From NCBI GenBank assembly GCA_040285745.1, contig JAUFOR010000002.1:682001-746000 (forward strand): a stretch of 64,000 nucleotides of DNA, given 5' to 3'. The notes below the pieces were generated by a model, which was not told where the DNA came from, did no database searches, and worked only from the letters and a program-made list of their open reading frames with translations. The stretch is from Barthelona sp. PCE. Taxonomy: Eukaryota. Of the stretch, positions 39,801-48,984 are shown in pieces; positions within the stretch are counted from its first letter, which is position 1; each line of letters starts with the position of its first letter. The position numbers and the translations under genes are program-made.

Positions 39801-42773
39801 GATGAATACATCTGCAAAGGCCTGGAATCGCTTATGCTCTTTTGAATTGTTAACGTCATATCCACCAATGAACAGCTTTGTCAGCTCTAACACTGCTTGG
39901 AAGGTCGCAGTATGGTGCTCAGTACCCTCTAAAGCAAAAGAAAGACTTGGTACAAGTCTTCCAAAGTCAAAACTGATTGCTTCTGATTTGCCTCCCTTTA
40001 GTGTGAATGGGAGCACCAAATTCGACACGGAGTAGGCAGTGGTGCTCAGTTCAATATGTGGGAGGCTTCCAATGATAAGAATGCATTGCTGAGCTAGAAT
40101 TGACTCCTGACTGATACGACTGGCCTTAATTTTGTGTCTCATTCGTGTAGCGCTAACTTCTGCATCCACATTATTGTCCTCTCCATCGAAGAAAGTCATT
40201 GGATCATCTACGAATTCAATTAGCGATGAAATCAAATCATAGATCAACTCATAAAGCGGTCTGAAAAGATCAACAACAAGAGAGAACCGTGAGGGACCTA
40301 AACTATACCGAGCATGTACGTAGTCCTGGATGAACACCAAGAGCTTCGGCAGGAGGAACACAAGGTCGTTTCTTCCGCTTAGTTTGATGGCAATGATGAA
40401 TGCTTCAATGTGGAAGTCGATGGGCAAGAGAAACGCTGGCATACATCCTACAAAACGACCTGCGATCGTGATGACGTCGACATCCAGCCCGTCCAAGCGC
40501 TGAACAAGTGACGTGCAGAACTGTTCCAGATAGTCCACCGTTGAATCATCAAACTTACGCACACCATGTGGTTGGGAGGCGGTTGCGGGGAGGGCTTCCA
40601 GTTGTGTGAGCGAGGAGATGGCAGACTCATCGACGTCGAATGGCAAGTTGTGAATAAGCAACGATTGCATTGATGAGAACGTTTCTTTTGCCGGAGATAT
40701 GTTTCTAAAAACACGTTGTATGACTGCGCCATCAAAGTTAACCGTGAAGAAAGATCTGCTCAAAGACAGATCAAGCAAGGAAAGGAGGATGCTAAAAATA
40801 TGCTTGCAGTGCATCGTCTCGAGTCCTTTTTTCAAAAAAAACGTCAGTAACGATTCGCAGAAGACACAGAGCGAGTTACGGACGCTCTCGCTTTCCACAA
40901 GATGTTCCTTAGTGCCACGCTGTATTAGCCGTTTGCTGAACTGTTGCAGGAAAAGGGAAAGCTGGCATATCCTTGTCCAATCAAGGGCGTTGACGTCGTC
41001 CAGTTCAGTGAAGTCCTCGTCTAGGTTCAAGTTATCAACCAAATCGATAATACACTCGGAAAGCAGTGTAAAAATTTTATCTACAGTCTCACTATTCAGG
41101 ACGATATACTCGCTCATCAGAATGTCTGCAAATGTCTGCCCCATCGACTTTTGGTTCTTGAAGGACGATTCATCTGTCTGTATGCAACCGTAAAGGATGT
41201 TGAAGACGTTTCTAAAGACTATCGTCGAGTTATTCTCCCTAGTTAGTGCTCTGAAAAAGACAGAAAGAGAAGTGCCAAACTTCGTACGGTAGCTGTTGGG
41301 GAGATCAAACATCACTGATACCACCTTTTCAACAAAATAGGTCATCAAGTTAAGCAATCCATCTCTGTAGTTGTCATTGATGTTTGTGAAGGAGTACGCA
41401 ATAACATCAATGCCCGCGGTGATCGTGTTCATGCTTGAGAAATCTATACCCCATGCTGACGGTCTTGGGTACTCCGATGTCGTCACTGTTGTTTTCAAGT
41501 AACTCAGCGTTTCCTCAACTTCAGTGACGACAGACGCATGCTTTGTGTCGAAGTATTCGATGACTTCGCTCCTATCACTCTGAAAAACAATAGAGCTCTC
41601 ACCAATATCCGACCACATCAAGTATGCTCCCGAAAGCCATCCAATCGATTGGCGGACAAGGCGCTTCAGGTGCGAGCCTATCTCATTGTTGATGAGCAGT
41701 CGTGATCGATGTCTGTGGACGAGGGTGAAAACGTTGAAATGGGTTAGAAGGATGCTTGATATATCATTCTCCTCATCATCATCAAGTTCAGGGATCTCGC
41801 ATAGGCGCGAACCGACGCTCGCAAGCAGAGATGCGAACGCTGCTTGTGCTGCCTTTCGCAGATCGGTGTTCGAATGCTCACAAAAAGTCTCAACTTTTTC
41901 CAGGAAGGAGTTCATATTGGGCAACAATACAGGCATCAGAAGATCTGCATGAACGGTTAACAGCTGCATTGCTGCACCTTGATGTGAATAAGAAGATGCT
42001 TTCCCCACATCACTCATGATGGTCAACACATATTTGACGATTTCCTTTAGTTCCTTCGTTTCCCGTATCTGGACGTCGTAGTCGTATGCGCACTTGGTGT
42101 ACAGATCCGACGCAACTGTTAGAATAGAAGCCAAACAGTTGAAGCAGCCTGACATAACCGAAGCACTGTATTTGGCCTCATTCATGATACTATCTCTCAG
42201 TTTAAGAACACAATTGCTCAGGAGATCTGATAGATTGAACTTTGTTTGCAAACTGGGGTAATGTTTGAACAATACTCCTATCAATTTGTATGATTGTGCT
42301 AAAATCGTTTTTTGGGTGGTATCAATGAGAATAAACTGATAAATCATCTGGCACAGGTCGGTGATGTTTGGTATACTGCAATTTAACTGAACACAATAGT
42401 TCAAACTAAGTATTGCACGCTCTTTCACCTTTGCTGTTGATGAATTCTGGATAAGCATTACCATGAGGTCTGTGAGGTGGTCTAGATAACTGTCTAGAAA
42501 GGTGACCTGCTCACTACTTGACTTCTCAAGATACAGAACTATGCTTTTCAACAAAATGGGAATATGACCTGCAGTTATGTTCTCAAAGAAGGGAAAAACT
42601 GAAGGGAGCCCGAACATGTATGTGCCAACCTGTCTTAGAACATCGTTGGAACACTTTGAAATATTGGTTGTGATGTGCTGCAAAAGATTATCAGATAAGG
42701 TTTCCAATTCCACGGAGATCTGGCAATCACCCATTCGTGTAAGAATATCTTCAACACGCGAAACTAATGACAT
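30894..42773 (-). CDS. PRKDC: DNA-dependent protein kinase catalytic subunit (PIKK), 3959 aa, single exon
   Basis: SIRRPVKI..EDLRLDARLEQLF, IADRHLDN, IDFGYSF..LAVPEFVPFRLT, FATC end LVDLASDGAILPTIFEGWKSWV, and internal RATQ..FTQ..RATQ resembling the autophosphorylation cluster. Confidence 0.9.
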   Translation of the reverse strand: MSLVSRVEDILTRMGDCQISVELETLSDNLLQHITTNISKCSNDVLRQVGTYMFGLPSVFPFFENITAGHIPILLKSIVLYLEKSSSEQVTFLDSYLDHLTDLMVMLIQNSSTAKVKERAILSLNYCVQLNCSIPNITDLCQMIYQFILIDTTQKTILAQSYKLIGVLFKHYPSLQTKFNLSDLLSNCVLKLRDSIMNEAKYSASVMSGCFNCLASILTVASDLYTKCAYDYDVQIRETKELKEIVKYVLTIMSDVGKASSYSHQGAAMQLLTVHADLLMPVLLPNMNSFLEKVETFCEHSNTDLRKAAQAAFASLLASVGSRLCEIPELDDDEENDISSILLTHFNVFTLVHRHRSRLLINNEIGSHLKRLVRQSIGWLSGAYLMWSDIGESSIVFQSDRSEVIEYFDTKHASVVTEVEETLSYLKTTVTTSEYPRPSAWGIDFSSMNTITAGIDVIAYSFTNINDNYRDGLLNLMTYFVEKVVSVMFDLPNSYRTKFGTSLSVFFRALTRENNSTIVFRNVFNILYGCIQTDESSFKNQKSMGQTFADILMSEYIVLNSETVDKIFTLLSECIIDLVDNLNLDEDFTELDDVNALDWTRICQLSLFLQQFSKRLIQRGTKEHLVESESVRNSLCVFCESLLTFFLKKGLETMHCKHIFSILLSLLDLSLSRSFFTVNFDGAVIQRVFRNISPAKETFSSMQSLLIHNLPFDVDESAISSLTQLEALPATASQPHGVRKFDDSTVDYLEQFCTSLVQRLDGLDVDVITIAGRFVGCMPAFLLPIDFHIEAFIIAIKLSGRNDLVFLLPKLLVFIQDYVHARYSLGPSRFSLVVDLFRPLYELIYDLISSLIEFVDDPMTFFDGEDNNVDAEVSATRMRHKIKASRISQESILAQQCILIIGSLPHIELSTTAYSVSNLVLPFTLKGGKSEAISFDFGRLVPSLSFALEGTEHHTATFQAVLELTKLFIGGYDVNNSKEHKRFQAFADVFIPMLVRHASLDKEQGTFNLLTSIIRWVVIMNQKSITLHKKRCEESKILLNTLFMLLESPNTLGVASQILSVLFGFSLKQINNASESAYSMLGISDFVQRIIELIRGLNHSAGVTLFSQIFRMLREEERLSVEYVLPIAESCLHLLLPERHVGGDSDMVRTMCRQYLWPIRKCGRIIRHYFNTFSEEQLHAFLVKVFKITQRIQNTYVYLVLREVIPRAERLSVLTNPEIASIIHEAEPLYIAHVLPFVDPIIGEKAMVPFRDIGEQLLYAVVETPSLAKHYSPVFAKCSSLIRTLFVEDDELVLAVVNAVLDLNTADLLSFATVLKDSTAEVIFNVLNRVPFNVKDGKHVRFILKLVEFTKGELPETRLAKYANFDQLQSMGLRDQLMYLKLYVALAPDVFVTTHNSEFYMERYPGLSVLMTTGSLQLLLSNSQSVNIVASILHYCKDQKQRGSPVPHVVAVVGQYLTESDFSIPDGVGVRVINALLEYGDDIELQEAIVSVTGRIAMLEDGLIENARLDDFVNITLKLAKSHFDGEKLKRFTHKLGVYFCLSDCIRPQNSVKLVDAVLSISKLWSESKSPSIIKEFIGYFAWASEAQFSLLYRFGRKFSAKIETLDDTLTLIRDFTNIALESHSNEPLDDARITIRIGKLLYKILEQIDQEILQELAEHIAILMQHIILSKGTSINLAQFDPESSNAENGQQAMGCRYIYMKILICMYERIPCDFWRYKVVPKLGKGPAPPGKDPYAGWVIKRMRTMRSEVDLTQKKTAVGLTGAYVASAAVQLLAASLRTRFTDNQAMLRTKYGEYLFFVNKAKWRVDPRLFIAPFVPFDFDSQTSNFKETSQDYSVISVSTFTINKEAKTASEAQLLHTIEASLSLGLSVEDASQNAPKDMENLMKRYSRTMHVSPFDETTNNLRGDPFTRLDSMKYLLGILDMYQDISNRATVDSPMPEYMACLLDIFKSLDSSALCGIVFILRVLHNRPSQFMPWARQWAPVVLEKFNLVLQMLRVGFTYIQFDTIKLLNLWSHNLKKETKTASAAPNEHYIDTLAHETQTMHSADTGEEEDGATLFTKQDSFQLEILFRRLVEILSKEAVFKSKHTDRYLKLVHTLFGHVRNFFTPNLKVVYSLILFDVENRKRGYTAEHREFIRDKGSVILTSLLRHGFLHHNDTLTDNYQPAVLAQALVNSMTRSKKSPVVRILSRAMALALRNYYLSSYIENTLSLDEIAHVDSALIIIDKDFFDLQLVDNYIEGLKALTRDIKLPYTTAVLECAKFFPALIVSQLPFIVTMLDKNQITFQTRAAQTMYYVLKHLVCCKNNNCLDETALIPFSGFIDDYTYGLPVLLQRQSETYQKTLCQCIPLLFELEVLSSETLLEFIDKKIIPFSSVSPVVQTEAYNAIISLVHHEEIQTKTMHVLLEGCAGTSNKTSVGTKKKILSFFWRAFRDTTPLNLDTTFDVVRITEMLTGIMSLFTNDITATDELIVTFSFLLTTLLRTLKCVDEQRPFTSDLLFLAPDDSDVNLSLSTATFMPAGYVRATQTGAFTQTLDASLFGDENMNTLGMMGRATQETHAAHVTKQIDELSMEMSMPEERKGYSGKQSISRMHKMKKKRKRHMRRVAARDVPKITFSMPQMLIPMLGACFTNPSFAAELLYVLLEPWVSTLAESVITSVNRHTLSAHNTALTSLLETILTQPTTFDLGSKLLCVVMQRIELAVNASTSGLDRDVLDIDIIETNVSSFLHFVDNIMRDKVSSSMSEIICVFEHRLRLFDVFRNSTASEEFIVPLVRHGFGQLNNRVEDCLLSEIQRGVRMYRAGSYLDAIRLLNELLESVESNSTEKSVITHVLLSSCSEMCSWDNLESVSQHALHEGYGTQHMLQALVCSEKIDELRQFVSSLDGGELCFGLPLAYFTGFFAALDSQDVKLEQTVNNLLKPQIVSTIRTSPLASLLLTDLVLFSQQKRGSCTVETLVKRFHSVVAKLPPQQLSFLLHARSMLLSTESYVDHVDDFTLRSEVLQVLSTQSKNQNLAFNLIQQASQTSLADYPDVLKSLALIHYHEFDLCSENSKMIKHIYENAEKPYLKQIAHNALVEATLQSVQSNEDLQRTILTLQGEGVMLNQFIAITALHDALKDTFDGQSMAMLLDLFGNALCAADTKGHSHFPLLFSILENAVIGTRRMEQDDAGAVIDSIVQSMRKITTQIPHWFFLQWLSQIVSHSTNPLICTFLVDILIEVAKTYPVHVQFAINGTRQSYKVTEPFFDGVEFEASPHYICGIDMAAIDQYVNECESIDELKALYENWDCFSSTELYLCQTVMKQAYLGLLLATIRASGKVTSDLTLASFALLDTGLFCMGCLSELFKFGKEALKHYDDIQNLGKLVQTMYQEIIQPKPDVSRLSSVFGAQRANWMVSRAIIDPLRTIIGGILELIEKCNAYIRKQVDNDKFDVVLWRSKPLAQHVNRLRTSAQRLSDLSRKQFPAETTTSISQLSPELMNIAEWNVVDVFNKAKYGPPKERTVRMVQQNVAVQSSIRRPVKITFVLSDYRKVGLLTKHFEDLRLDARLEQLFDVFNSFVPENIRVETYNVVPLTNQVGFIQWVDDCVSFSGIVSSFVKSNQLSDLKTDFSEWRQDLLMAADNINVDDVAPNPNVHTVTLHSVGPAARRAAFEEFVNTRFGTVIRSYYLKKAQTVRQFFAERMLFVQSYSTSCLYGYLLNIADRHLDNTLITSTGRTCPIDFGYSFDMRYRLAVPEFVPFRLTSMLQGMAAPYSTKELMVEVQGSLFEKLQSNRTLINSVFDCFVRNSCFESIKTKLSKVMDITGLNVNSGSLAFDNIDGGKAQQFQTLTNLNAEVFHMKMRGVHPVIVETHYINRIKAFKLDNRWNKLILDDRMFWMGIFGISEDGSKNTIRGDSFVNLYKAALGDFDPYTFSIPALMDQLDLMQKQMSCNHIAEVLVDLASDGAILPTIFEGWKSWV

Positions 42774-42877
42774 GGTGTATTGAATAACGTGTTGAAAATG
42801 GCGTTTTTTGTGAAATCACTCTTTTCATCGATTAGTTCTTTGTCTATGCGACGCTAATACGCACATAACACCATACT

Positions 42878-45598
42878 ATGGGACTTTTTTCTTTCAAAAC
42901 ACGATTACCAGTGTTTGAGTTTTCGGATGAGGGATTTATGGAGCTTATAGACTATGTCAATGACCTAGAGGGGCCGACACCATCGAACAGCGGCCGGCAT
43001 AAAGATGTTTTACGCCAAATTACAGATCTACTTATTCGAGCAGACCAAGAAGAAAATTCTGGAATTTTTGACTTGTTTTTAGAACATTACCTGCTCGACT
43101 TCTACTTTATTATCTTGAACTCTGACTCTGCAATTGATCTTAAAGCAGAACTATTACGTTCTATATCAATGTTAGTTGGTAATATCAAATATTTACCTTT
43201 TAAATTATGGTTATTGTCAAGCAATCATATAAATGACTTTATTATGTTTTTTGGAAGCTGGGAGGACCATAATGAAGAGACGCTAGGATATTTTTTATCC
43301 TTCTGCTCAATCGTTTCTAATATGATTTTTAGTCAGCCAGAGTATGTTTCTCTTTTCTGTACAACAACAAAATCGTTTCCTCTATTCACAGACACGCTTA
43401 TATACCTGAACCACGTGCTGGATCCGGTCAAGAACAAGGTGAGAGAAATAATCACCAATCTTTTGCTGTCCAACTCGTCGACAATCAGTTACTTCCTCAT
43501 CAATTACGAAAAGGAGATGCGCAGTAACGGGCAGATGGTGAATTTACTGAGAAATATTCTGTATAAAGCATTCTATTTGTGTAGGGTTTCGTGTCTTCAT
43601 CATGATTTCATGCATGGTGAGAATCAACTTGATTCCGTTGAAATTGACGTAGAAGATCTTTTTTTGGACGTACCAGACTCTTTCTTTGACACACAGAAAC
43701 CGACAGAATTGATTATTGAAGAAAACGGACCGGTTTGGTCGCAAGTTTTAATCGAGGACTTCCTCCGAGATGTTTATCTTGAGCGCACTCTACAGGACGT
43801 CGGATCGCTCACCAAAGCTTTGTTGCGTCTAAACAACGAATATATAGATAGTTTAGACTTTTTCACAGACATTTTGAGCTCCAAGAAACAGACAGCCATC
43901 ACATTACTCTTCCGAGATTTTTTCTTTTGCCATTTTTACACAAACTTGATTGATGTCATGTTGAAGAAGCTGTCTGACTACTTTTCAGTGAGTTACGACG
44001 AAAGAAAGGATGCAGATACATATGTTTTGCAGTTTTATGTTGAGTTGGTTTTTAATTTTGCATTCAGTTTCACGGATATGCGTTTAAAACTCCGGTGCTT
44101 CGATATGCTGAAGCTAAAGTTCGGATCGAATGTATTGTTGATGTTATTGAGCTATCTGGGTGATTGTAACCCTTTATTAAAGTCCATTCTTATCAAAATA
44201 ATAATCCGCTTTTGTTCTATCGTAGTTGCTGTTTTTTACCGTAATCACTTCATGTTCAGTCAGGAGATGCACACGTTCCGACAGCTGAAGGAGTTCATCG
44301 ATGCAGAGAACGGGAAAGAACCTCTTCGCAGATTCAGTTCAGTGAGATCTGTGAACGCCTTGTTTTGTGTTCTTGTTGAATCTATAGCGGCTGATGACAT
44401 GGATTTCACGCTTCCATTGGCTAAATCATTGGTTGAATCAAGGCGTTCGTATTATAAATTGGTGAAGTTGCCAATATATACGCAGGAGAACGTGCTGACG
44501 TCAATATTGGGCGAGTTCATGCTCTCTCAACCGCAATTAGGTGTATGTCTCGCGTTGACGCGCATGCTCATGTCATTTGGGTTTCCATACGAAAGTTTCA
44601 CTGAGCGTATGCGTAATAGGGCGGTAAATAACATTGTAGACATCTTTAAGACATCGAGGGAACTTCTTACGACTATTAGATTTATTGCTTCCATGCGAAA
44701 TTTCGAAAACTCGTTTATTTCAACGAAGGAAGTTGCTAACATGCCTTGTTTGGAGTGGATACTGACGGATTGCGACTACATGAACACTATATCAACCGTG
44801 AAGGATACCCTTCGAGACCCGCACACGCTTGAAGAGTCTATCAAGTATGCTTTGGAGTATTTTTTGTTGGCCCACATGTTGGACGTTACATACAGGAAAT
44901 CGTTAGTGACTGAGGGTGAGTTGGAGCTGACAAGATCAGACTTTGAATTGCATGTACGTAGTATCATTAAAGAGGATTGTTATGTTTTTCTCGACCAAAA
45001 ACTATCGGTTAATCAACTGCTGGGCCCAATGTTCAGTGGCCTAGACCCCAATGCACAGTGGGAGCGCTTTGCTCTGTTCAACGGGACTATGTTAGTGGAC
45101 AAGAAGAAAGTCCCTTGTTTCTTGCACATTAACCTCACATGCACATGTATTTATGTGCTTATGCCAACGAACATAAAGCATTACAAGCAGTGTGTGCGCG
45201 AATCAAGCCTGCTTGATAGCGAAGAGGATGTGGAATTCGTTGTTAAGCACATATTTCCTATGTGGTATGCCAGCATAGCAATGGTGAATGCTAACAGAAA
45301 GGGAGAGCATTTACAGATACAGAACGTTGATCCCATACTTGCAGAAGAGGATAAGGAGCAGAGGAGATCCATTCTTGACACTCAAATTCAGAGATTAAAG
45401 AGAATAGATAGCCAAAAGAGCTTGAAAATCAAGAAAAATCTTGTTTCATTTTATTGTCACGATGTCGCACAAGTTTACAGTCTTCTACAGAGTCAGATTA
45501 GTTTAACGTTCAATTCAATTATTTCGGATTTCTGTAGAGATCTTGGGATTCCTTCAAAGTATAAGATTGATCATAATGGTAGCTTGCTGATTCAGTAA
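42878..45598 (+). CDS. CLEC16A: CLEC16A/TT9/Ema family (FPL domain) endolysosomal protein
   Basis: LRQITDLLIRADQ..IFDLFLEH, LLRSISML..NI, LLSSNHIN, YFLSF, FPLF. Confidence 0.85.
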   Translation: MGLFSFKTRLPVFEFSDEGFMELIDYVNDLEGPTPSNSGRHKDVLRQITDLLIRADQEENSGIFDLFLEHYLLDFYFIILNSDSAIDLKAELLRSISMLVGNIKYLPFKLWLLSSNHINDFIMFFGSWEDHNEETLGYFLSFCSIVSNMIFSQPEYVSLFCTTTKSFPLFTDTLIYLNHVLDPVKNKVREIITNLLLSNSSTISYFLINYEKEMRSNGQMVNLLRNILYKAFYLCRVSCLHHDFMHGENQLDSVEIDVEDLFLDVPDSFFDTQKPTELIIEENGPVWSQVLIEDFLRDVYLERTLQDVGSLTKALLRLNNEYIDSLDFFTDILSSKKQTAITLLFRDFFFCHFYTNLIDVMLKKLSDYFSVSYDERKDADTYVLQFYVELVFNFAFSFTDMRLKLRCFDMLKLKFGSNVLLMLLSYLGDCNPLLKSILIKIIIRFCSIVVAVFYRNHFMFSQEMHTFRQLKEFIDAENGKEPLRRFSSVRSVNALFCVLVESIAADDMDFTLPLAKSLVESRRSYYKLVKLPIYTQENVLTSILGEFMLSQPQLGVCLALTRMLMSFGFPYESFTERMRNRAVNNIVDIFKTSRELLTTIRFIASMRNFENSFISTKEVANMPCLEWILTDCDYMNTISTVKDTLRDPHTLEESIKYALEYFLLAHMLDVTYRKSLVTEGELELTRSDFELHVRSIIKEDCYVFLDQKLSVNQLLGPMFSGLDPNAQWERFALFNGTMLVDKKKVPCFLHINLTCTCIYVLMPTNIKHYKQCVRESSLLDSEEDVEFVVKHIFPMWYASIAMVNANRKGEHLQIQNVDPILAEEDKEQRRSILDTQIQRLKRIDSQKSLKIKKNLVSFYCHDVAQVYSLLQSQISLTFNSIISDFCRDLGIPSKYKIDHNGSLLIQ

Positions 45599-45696
45599 AA
45601 ATGTTTTTACAAAAAATTCCAGTTCATATAAGATGTGTATATAATGCTATTAAGTAAGCATGCTATAAGCTGTTGAAAGTAGTAACAACTGTGGTG

Positions 45697-46557
45697 TTAT
45701 TCTTCAAATTTAAGTGGTCTAAATGAATCATTTAAAGCTGGTGTAGTGTGTAATATTATACTATTTTTCACGGGTGTTGTGTTTGCTGAACTGCCCGAAC
45801 GTAAATCTTCTTCGATAATTTCTAATTCGTGATCGTGATGCAGCTGGCTGAGGTAATAAGTTTCACGGTGTTCATTAATGTCTTCTCGTGCTCTACGGAC
45901 AGCCTTTTCAAGCTTTTTAGTTACTGCGTTAGTATATTTCAATGGTAAATCCTTTTCGTTCAACCTGTAACATAATTCAAGCTTCTGATTCAAATAAAAT
46001 TCATCTTTAATCTTGTAAAAGTACTCACCACCAGGGAATGGTTCAAAACCAGGACTAATAATTTCATTAAATATTTTTTCTCGCTTTTGTAACTTTGTGT
46101 TATAATCAAAAATCTCATCCATCTCTTGTACATCAGAAAACTCAGAATTATTAATTCTTGAACTCCAATAGATACGTTCCTTAGAATCATCATCTGCTGT
46201 TTTGTTTTTAAAACACAAGGAAAGGAAATAAAAAACTAAGAAACCAATAAAAATATACAACATGATCTCAAGAAAATCTATGAACGTAGAGATTGTGAAT
46301 GAGTCGTAGCACTCACCATTGCCTGATAATCCATCAGAACATTCCATTGTGAATGGGCAATTACACGGATAACAATCTGTACTGAAATATCGAGATTTGC
46401 AAAGTGTGCAGTTTGTACCCGAGAATCCAAAATTGCACACGCAACTATCAAGAGTGATGTTGTAACTACCGTGATTATTGCAAAGTGAAGAAGCATTAGT
46501 AGTGGTTAGAAACGTGCTACACACGACTATCGCTAGTAAAACGATCGATTTAAGCAT
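45697..46557 (-). CDS. Single-pass membrane protein with EGF/laminin-EGF-like domain
   Basis: Signal peptide; CNNHG..CVC..GFSGTNC..C..YF..C.PC.C...CSDGLSGNGEC; TM helix; cytoplasmic tail. Confidence 0.85.
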   Translation of the reverse strand: MLKSIVLLAIVVCSTFLTTTNASSLCNNHGSYNITLDSCVCNFGFSGTNCTLCKSRYFSTDCYPCNCPFTMECSDGLSGNGECYDSFTISTFIDFLEIMLYIFIGFLVFYFLSLCFKNKTADDDSKERIYWSSRINNSEFSDVQEMDEIFDYNTKLQKREKIFNEIISPGFEPFPGGEYFYKIKDEFYLNQKLELCYRLNEKDLPLKYTNAVTKKLEKAVRRAREDINEHRETYYLSQLHHDHELEIIEEDLRSGSSANTTPVKNSIILHTTPALNDSFRPLKFEE

Positions 46558-47070
46558 GAATGTCTAATGTAGGCATTCAGGTATGTGAAAAGAGGTTATA
46601 GGGATGATAGCAAATGTAAAGTGATTCTTTGTCTTCCGCGACTTGCATGACCCACATAACTCATTTACTGGTCTACTTGGACTCTGACAGACGAAGAATT
46701 AGTTTGAAAGCTATGCTTAGGTAGGTGATTAATTCGATTTTGTAATGTTTTACAAAAACATGCGCATGATGCAGTTTGTCCTCAGTATGCATATATTCAG
46801 GCATGAATATATTCAATGAAAATGTACAAACCTCATCCTTATGATATTCATCACAATAGGTTCCAACGTTTTTTGGACACTTCAGTTACATACGTACTAC
46901 CCCGTGGAACAAAACTGATAGTTTATAAAGCAAAAAATAGAGAAAAAAACCTTTTTAGGAACTTTTTTTCTTTTTGCATTTTCAATCTTTGACACTATTC
47001 TTGGTTGACATATTACATCCAATCTCTATTTTGCAGACAGTTTTTACCATTATAAAAAGAAAACATCATT

Positions 47071-48714
47071 TTACAAACCAGCAAGACCAGTGGCGTTCTG
47101 TTTCTGGTGATTCATACGACCAGAGATACCACCGGCAATAATTTCATCACAAGCAATCAAGTTAGCAAGGATACTGGCAGCGGACTGAATCAAATGGCGT
47201 TTAACCTTGTAGTTATCAAAGATACCGAGCAGAGTGGGGTGCATAGCCTTACCTGTATCAAGATCGACACCAACGGCGTGTTCACCACCTAACTCGTCTT
47301 GAATTGCAATGATGGTATCCTGCGCGTCCAGACCTGCGTTCTTGGCAAGAGTCTTGGGGATTACAAGCAGAGCCTTAGCAAAGGCCTCGACACCGAGACG
47401 ACGACGACCCTTGATAGTACGAGAGAAGTCCATGAGCTCACGGTGAGCAAAGATCTCAAATGCACCGGCACCGGGGACAAGCATGTTGTCATCGTAGGTG
47501 TTCTTGACGGCACGGAGACCATCACGGATAGCGTCCTTAGTACGAGCAATGGTGTAGTTAGTTGAACCACGGATGAGGATGGTAACTGACTGTGTCTTGG
47601 GACAACCTTCAACAAAGGTGTACTTCTCCTCACCGAGAGCAACTTCACGAATACGATCAGCGAAACCGAGATCGGCCTCAGTGACATTATCGAGAGAACG
47701 GAGAGCGGTACCGCCAACTGAGCGCACGAAACGCTCGAGGTTACGGCGCTTGGCACGACGGAGAGCAAGGATACCCTCATCAGCAAGCATCTGGAGAGAG
47801 ACGGAATCAACACCGGCCATGTTGAAGATGACAAATCCGTGATTCTCACGCTCGCCGGAACAGATCTCACGCTTGAGAGCAATGATTTTTCTGACACGAT
47901 CGTCAATGATCTTACGCTCAGCACGGATGAGCTCATCACGCTTCTCAGCAGTCTTGTAAACCATAGAAGAGTTGATAGTGGTCTTCTCGTACTCCAGAGA
48001 GACGTTCATGAAGAGAACATGACAGTTCTCGAGCTCAGAAGGCATACCAGGGTGACGGGAACCGTGATCAAGAACAAGGCCCTTCACCAGGACGGTATCG
48101 TTGGCGGTACGGTGCTTCATGTGCATCCTCTCAACCATGTGAAGATCAATCATATCGTCACGCTTAATGTAATTGACAGCATCAACGACGATCTCAGAGA
48201 GCTGATCGGCAAGTTCGTTGTCAACCTTTGTACGGATACAGGTACGGGCAACCTTGATGAGGTTCTCACGGGAAGTGACGTCCTCCTTGACGCTGAAGTC
48301 CTTGAGAAGTTCAAAAGTCTTCTTCTTTGCGATTTCCATTCCATCTGAAATAATACGGGGGTGAATTCCCTCCATGTGAAGCAACTGAGCCTCCTTCATG
48401 AGCTCACCGATAAGGACAATGAGAGAGGTAGTTCCATCACCTGTGAATTCGTCTTGGGATGTAGCAGCACGTGCAATGATTTGAGCAGTGGGAAGTTGGA
48501 TTTGCATCTCGTGCAACAGACAGGCACCGTCCTTGGTGATTCTGATCTCGTTACCACCTGAAACAAGCATCTTGAGAGTACCGCGGGGACCCAAGTTAGT
48601 TTTTAAAACTTCTTGCAGACCTCTAGCACCGGCGATGATGACACCCATGGCGTCAGCGCGCTTGACGACCTCAGAGTAAGGGTTTAAAGCTTGAACAGCA
48701 GCAGCAGTTGACAT
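47071..48714 (-). CDS. CCT6: CCT/TRiC chaperonin subunit zeta
   Basis: TNLGPRGTLKMLV, TGDGTTS, GLVLDHGSRHP, NVSLEYEK, LALRRAKRRNLER, DAIRDGLRAVKN. Confidence 0.97.
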   Translation of the reverse strand: MSTAAAVQALNPYSEVVKRADAMGVIIAGARGLQEVLKTNLGPRGTLKMLVSGGNEIRITKDGACLLHEMQIQLPTAQIIARAATSQDEFTGDGTTSLIVLIGELMKEAQLLHMEGIHPRIISDGMEIAKKKTFELLKDFSVKEDVTSRENLIKVARTCIRTKVDNELADQLSEIVVDAVNYIKRDDMIDLHMVERMHMKHRTANDTVLVKGLVLDHGSRHPGMPSELENCHVLFMNVSLEYEKTTINSSMVYKTAEKRDELIRAERKIIDDRVRKIIALKREICSGERENHGFVIFNMAGVDSVSLQMLADEGILALRRAKRRNLERFVRSVGGTALRSLDNVTEADLGFADRIREVALGEEKYTFVEGCPKTQSVTILIRGSTNYTIARTKDAIRDGLRAVKNTYDDNMLVPGAGAFEIFAHRELMDFSRTIKGRRRLGVEAFAKALLVIPKTLAKNAGLDAQDTIIAIQDELGGEHAVGVDLDTGKAMHPTLLGIFDNYKVKRHLIQSAASILANLIACDEIIAGGISGRMNHQKQNATGLAGL

Positions 48715-48984
48715 TATGAGTTAAATAAGTGAAAGCAGGTGATTCAGCAATTTAAGCTGTTGGATAGCAACTAAATTGGAGTAAGAGGCGCATATACAGT
48801 GTATGTAAATGGCGCGCGTGCTTATATGGAAATATTTTTCATTTCCTTAGATTGTTCAAATTTTCGTTTCTCCAATATGTTTGGCTTATAAGAAATGTAG
48901 GGATACACAATTTACAACATGAGAAATTGTTAGAAATAAACTCTGAGAGATTCTTTTACTCTTGTGATTGTGACAAAGACTATC

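Noticed and set aside
46581-46690. GTATGT donor-like site and ATGATA..CTGA box C/D-like pair in the spacer
   Set aside because: Imperfect box C, no terminal stem, no verifiable rRNA target and no associated ORF.
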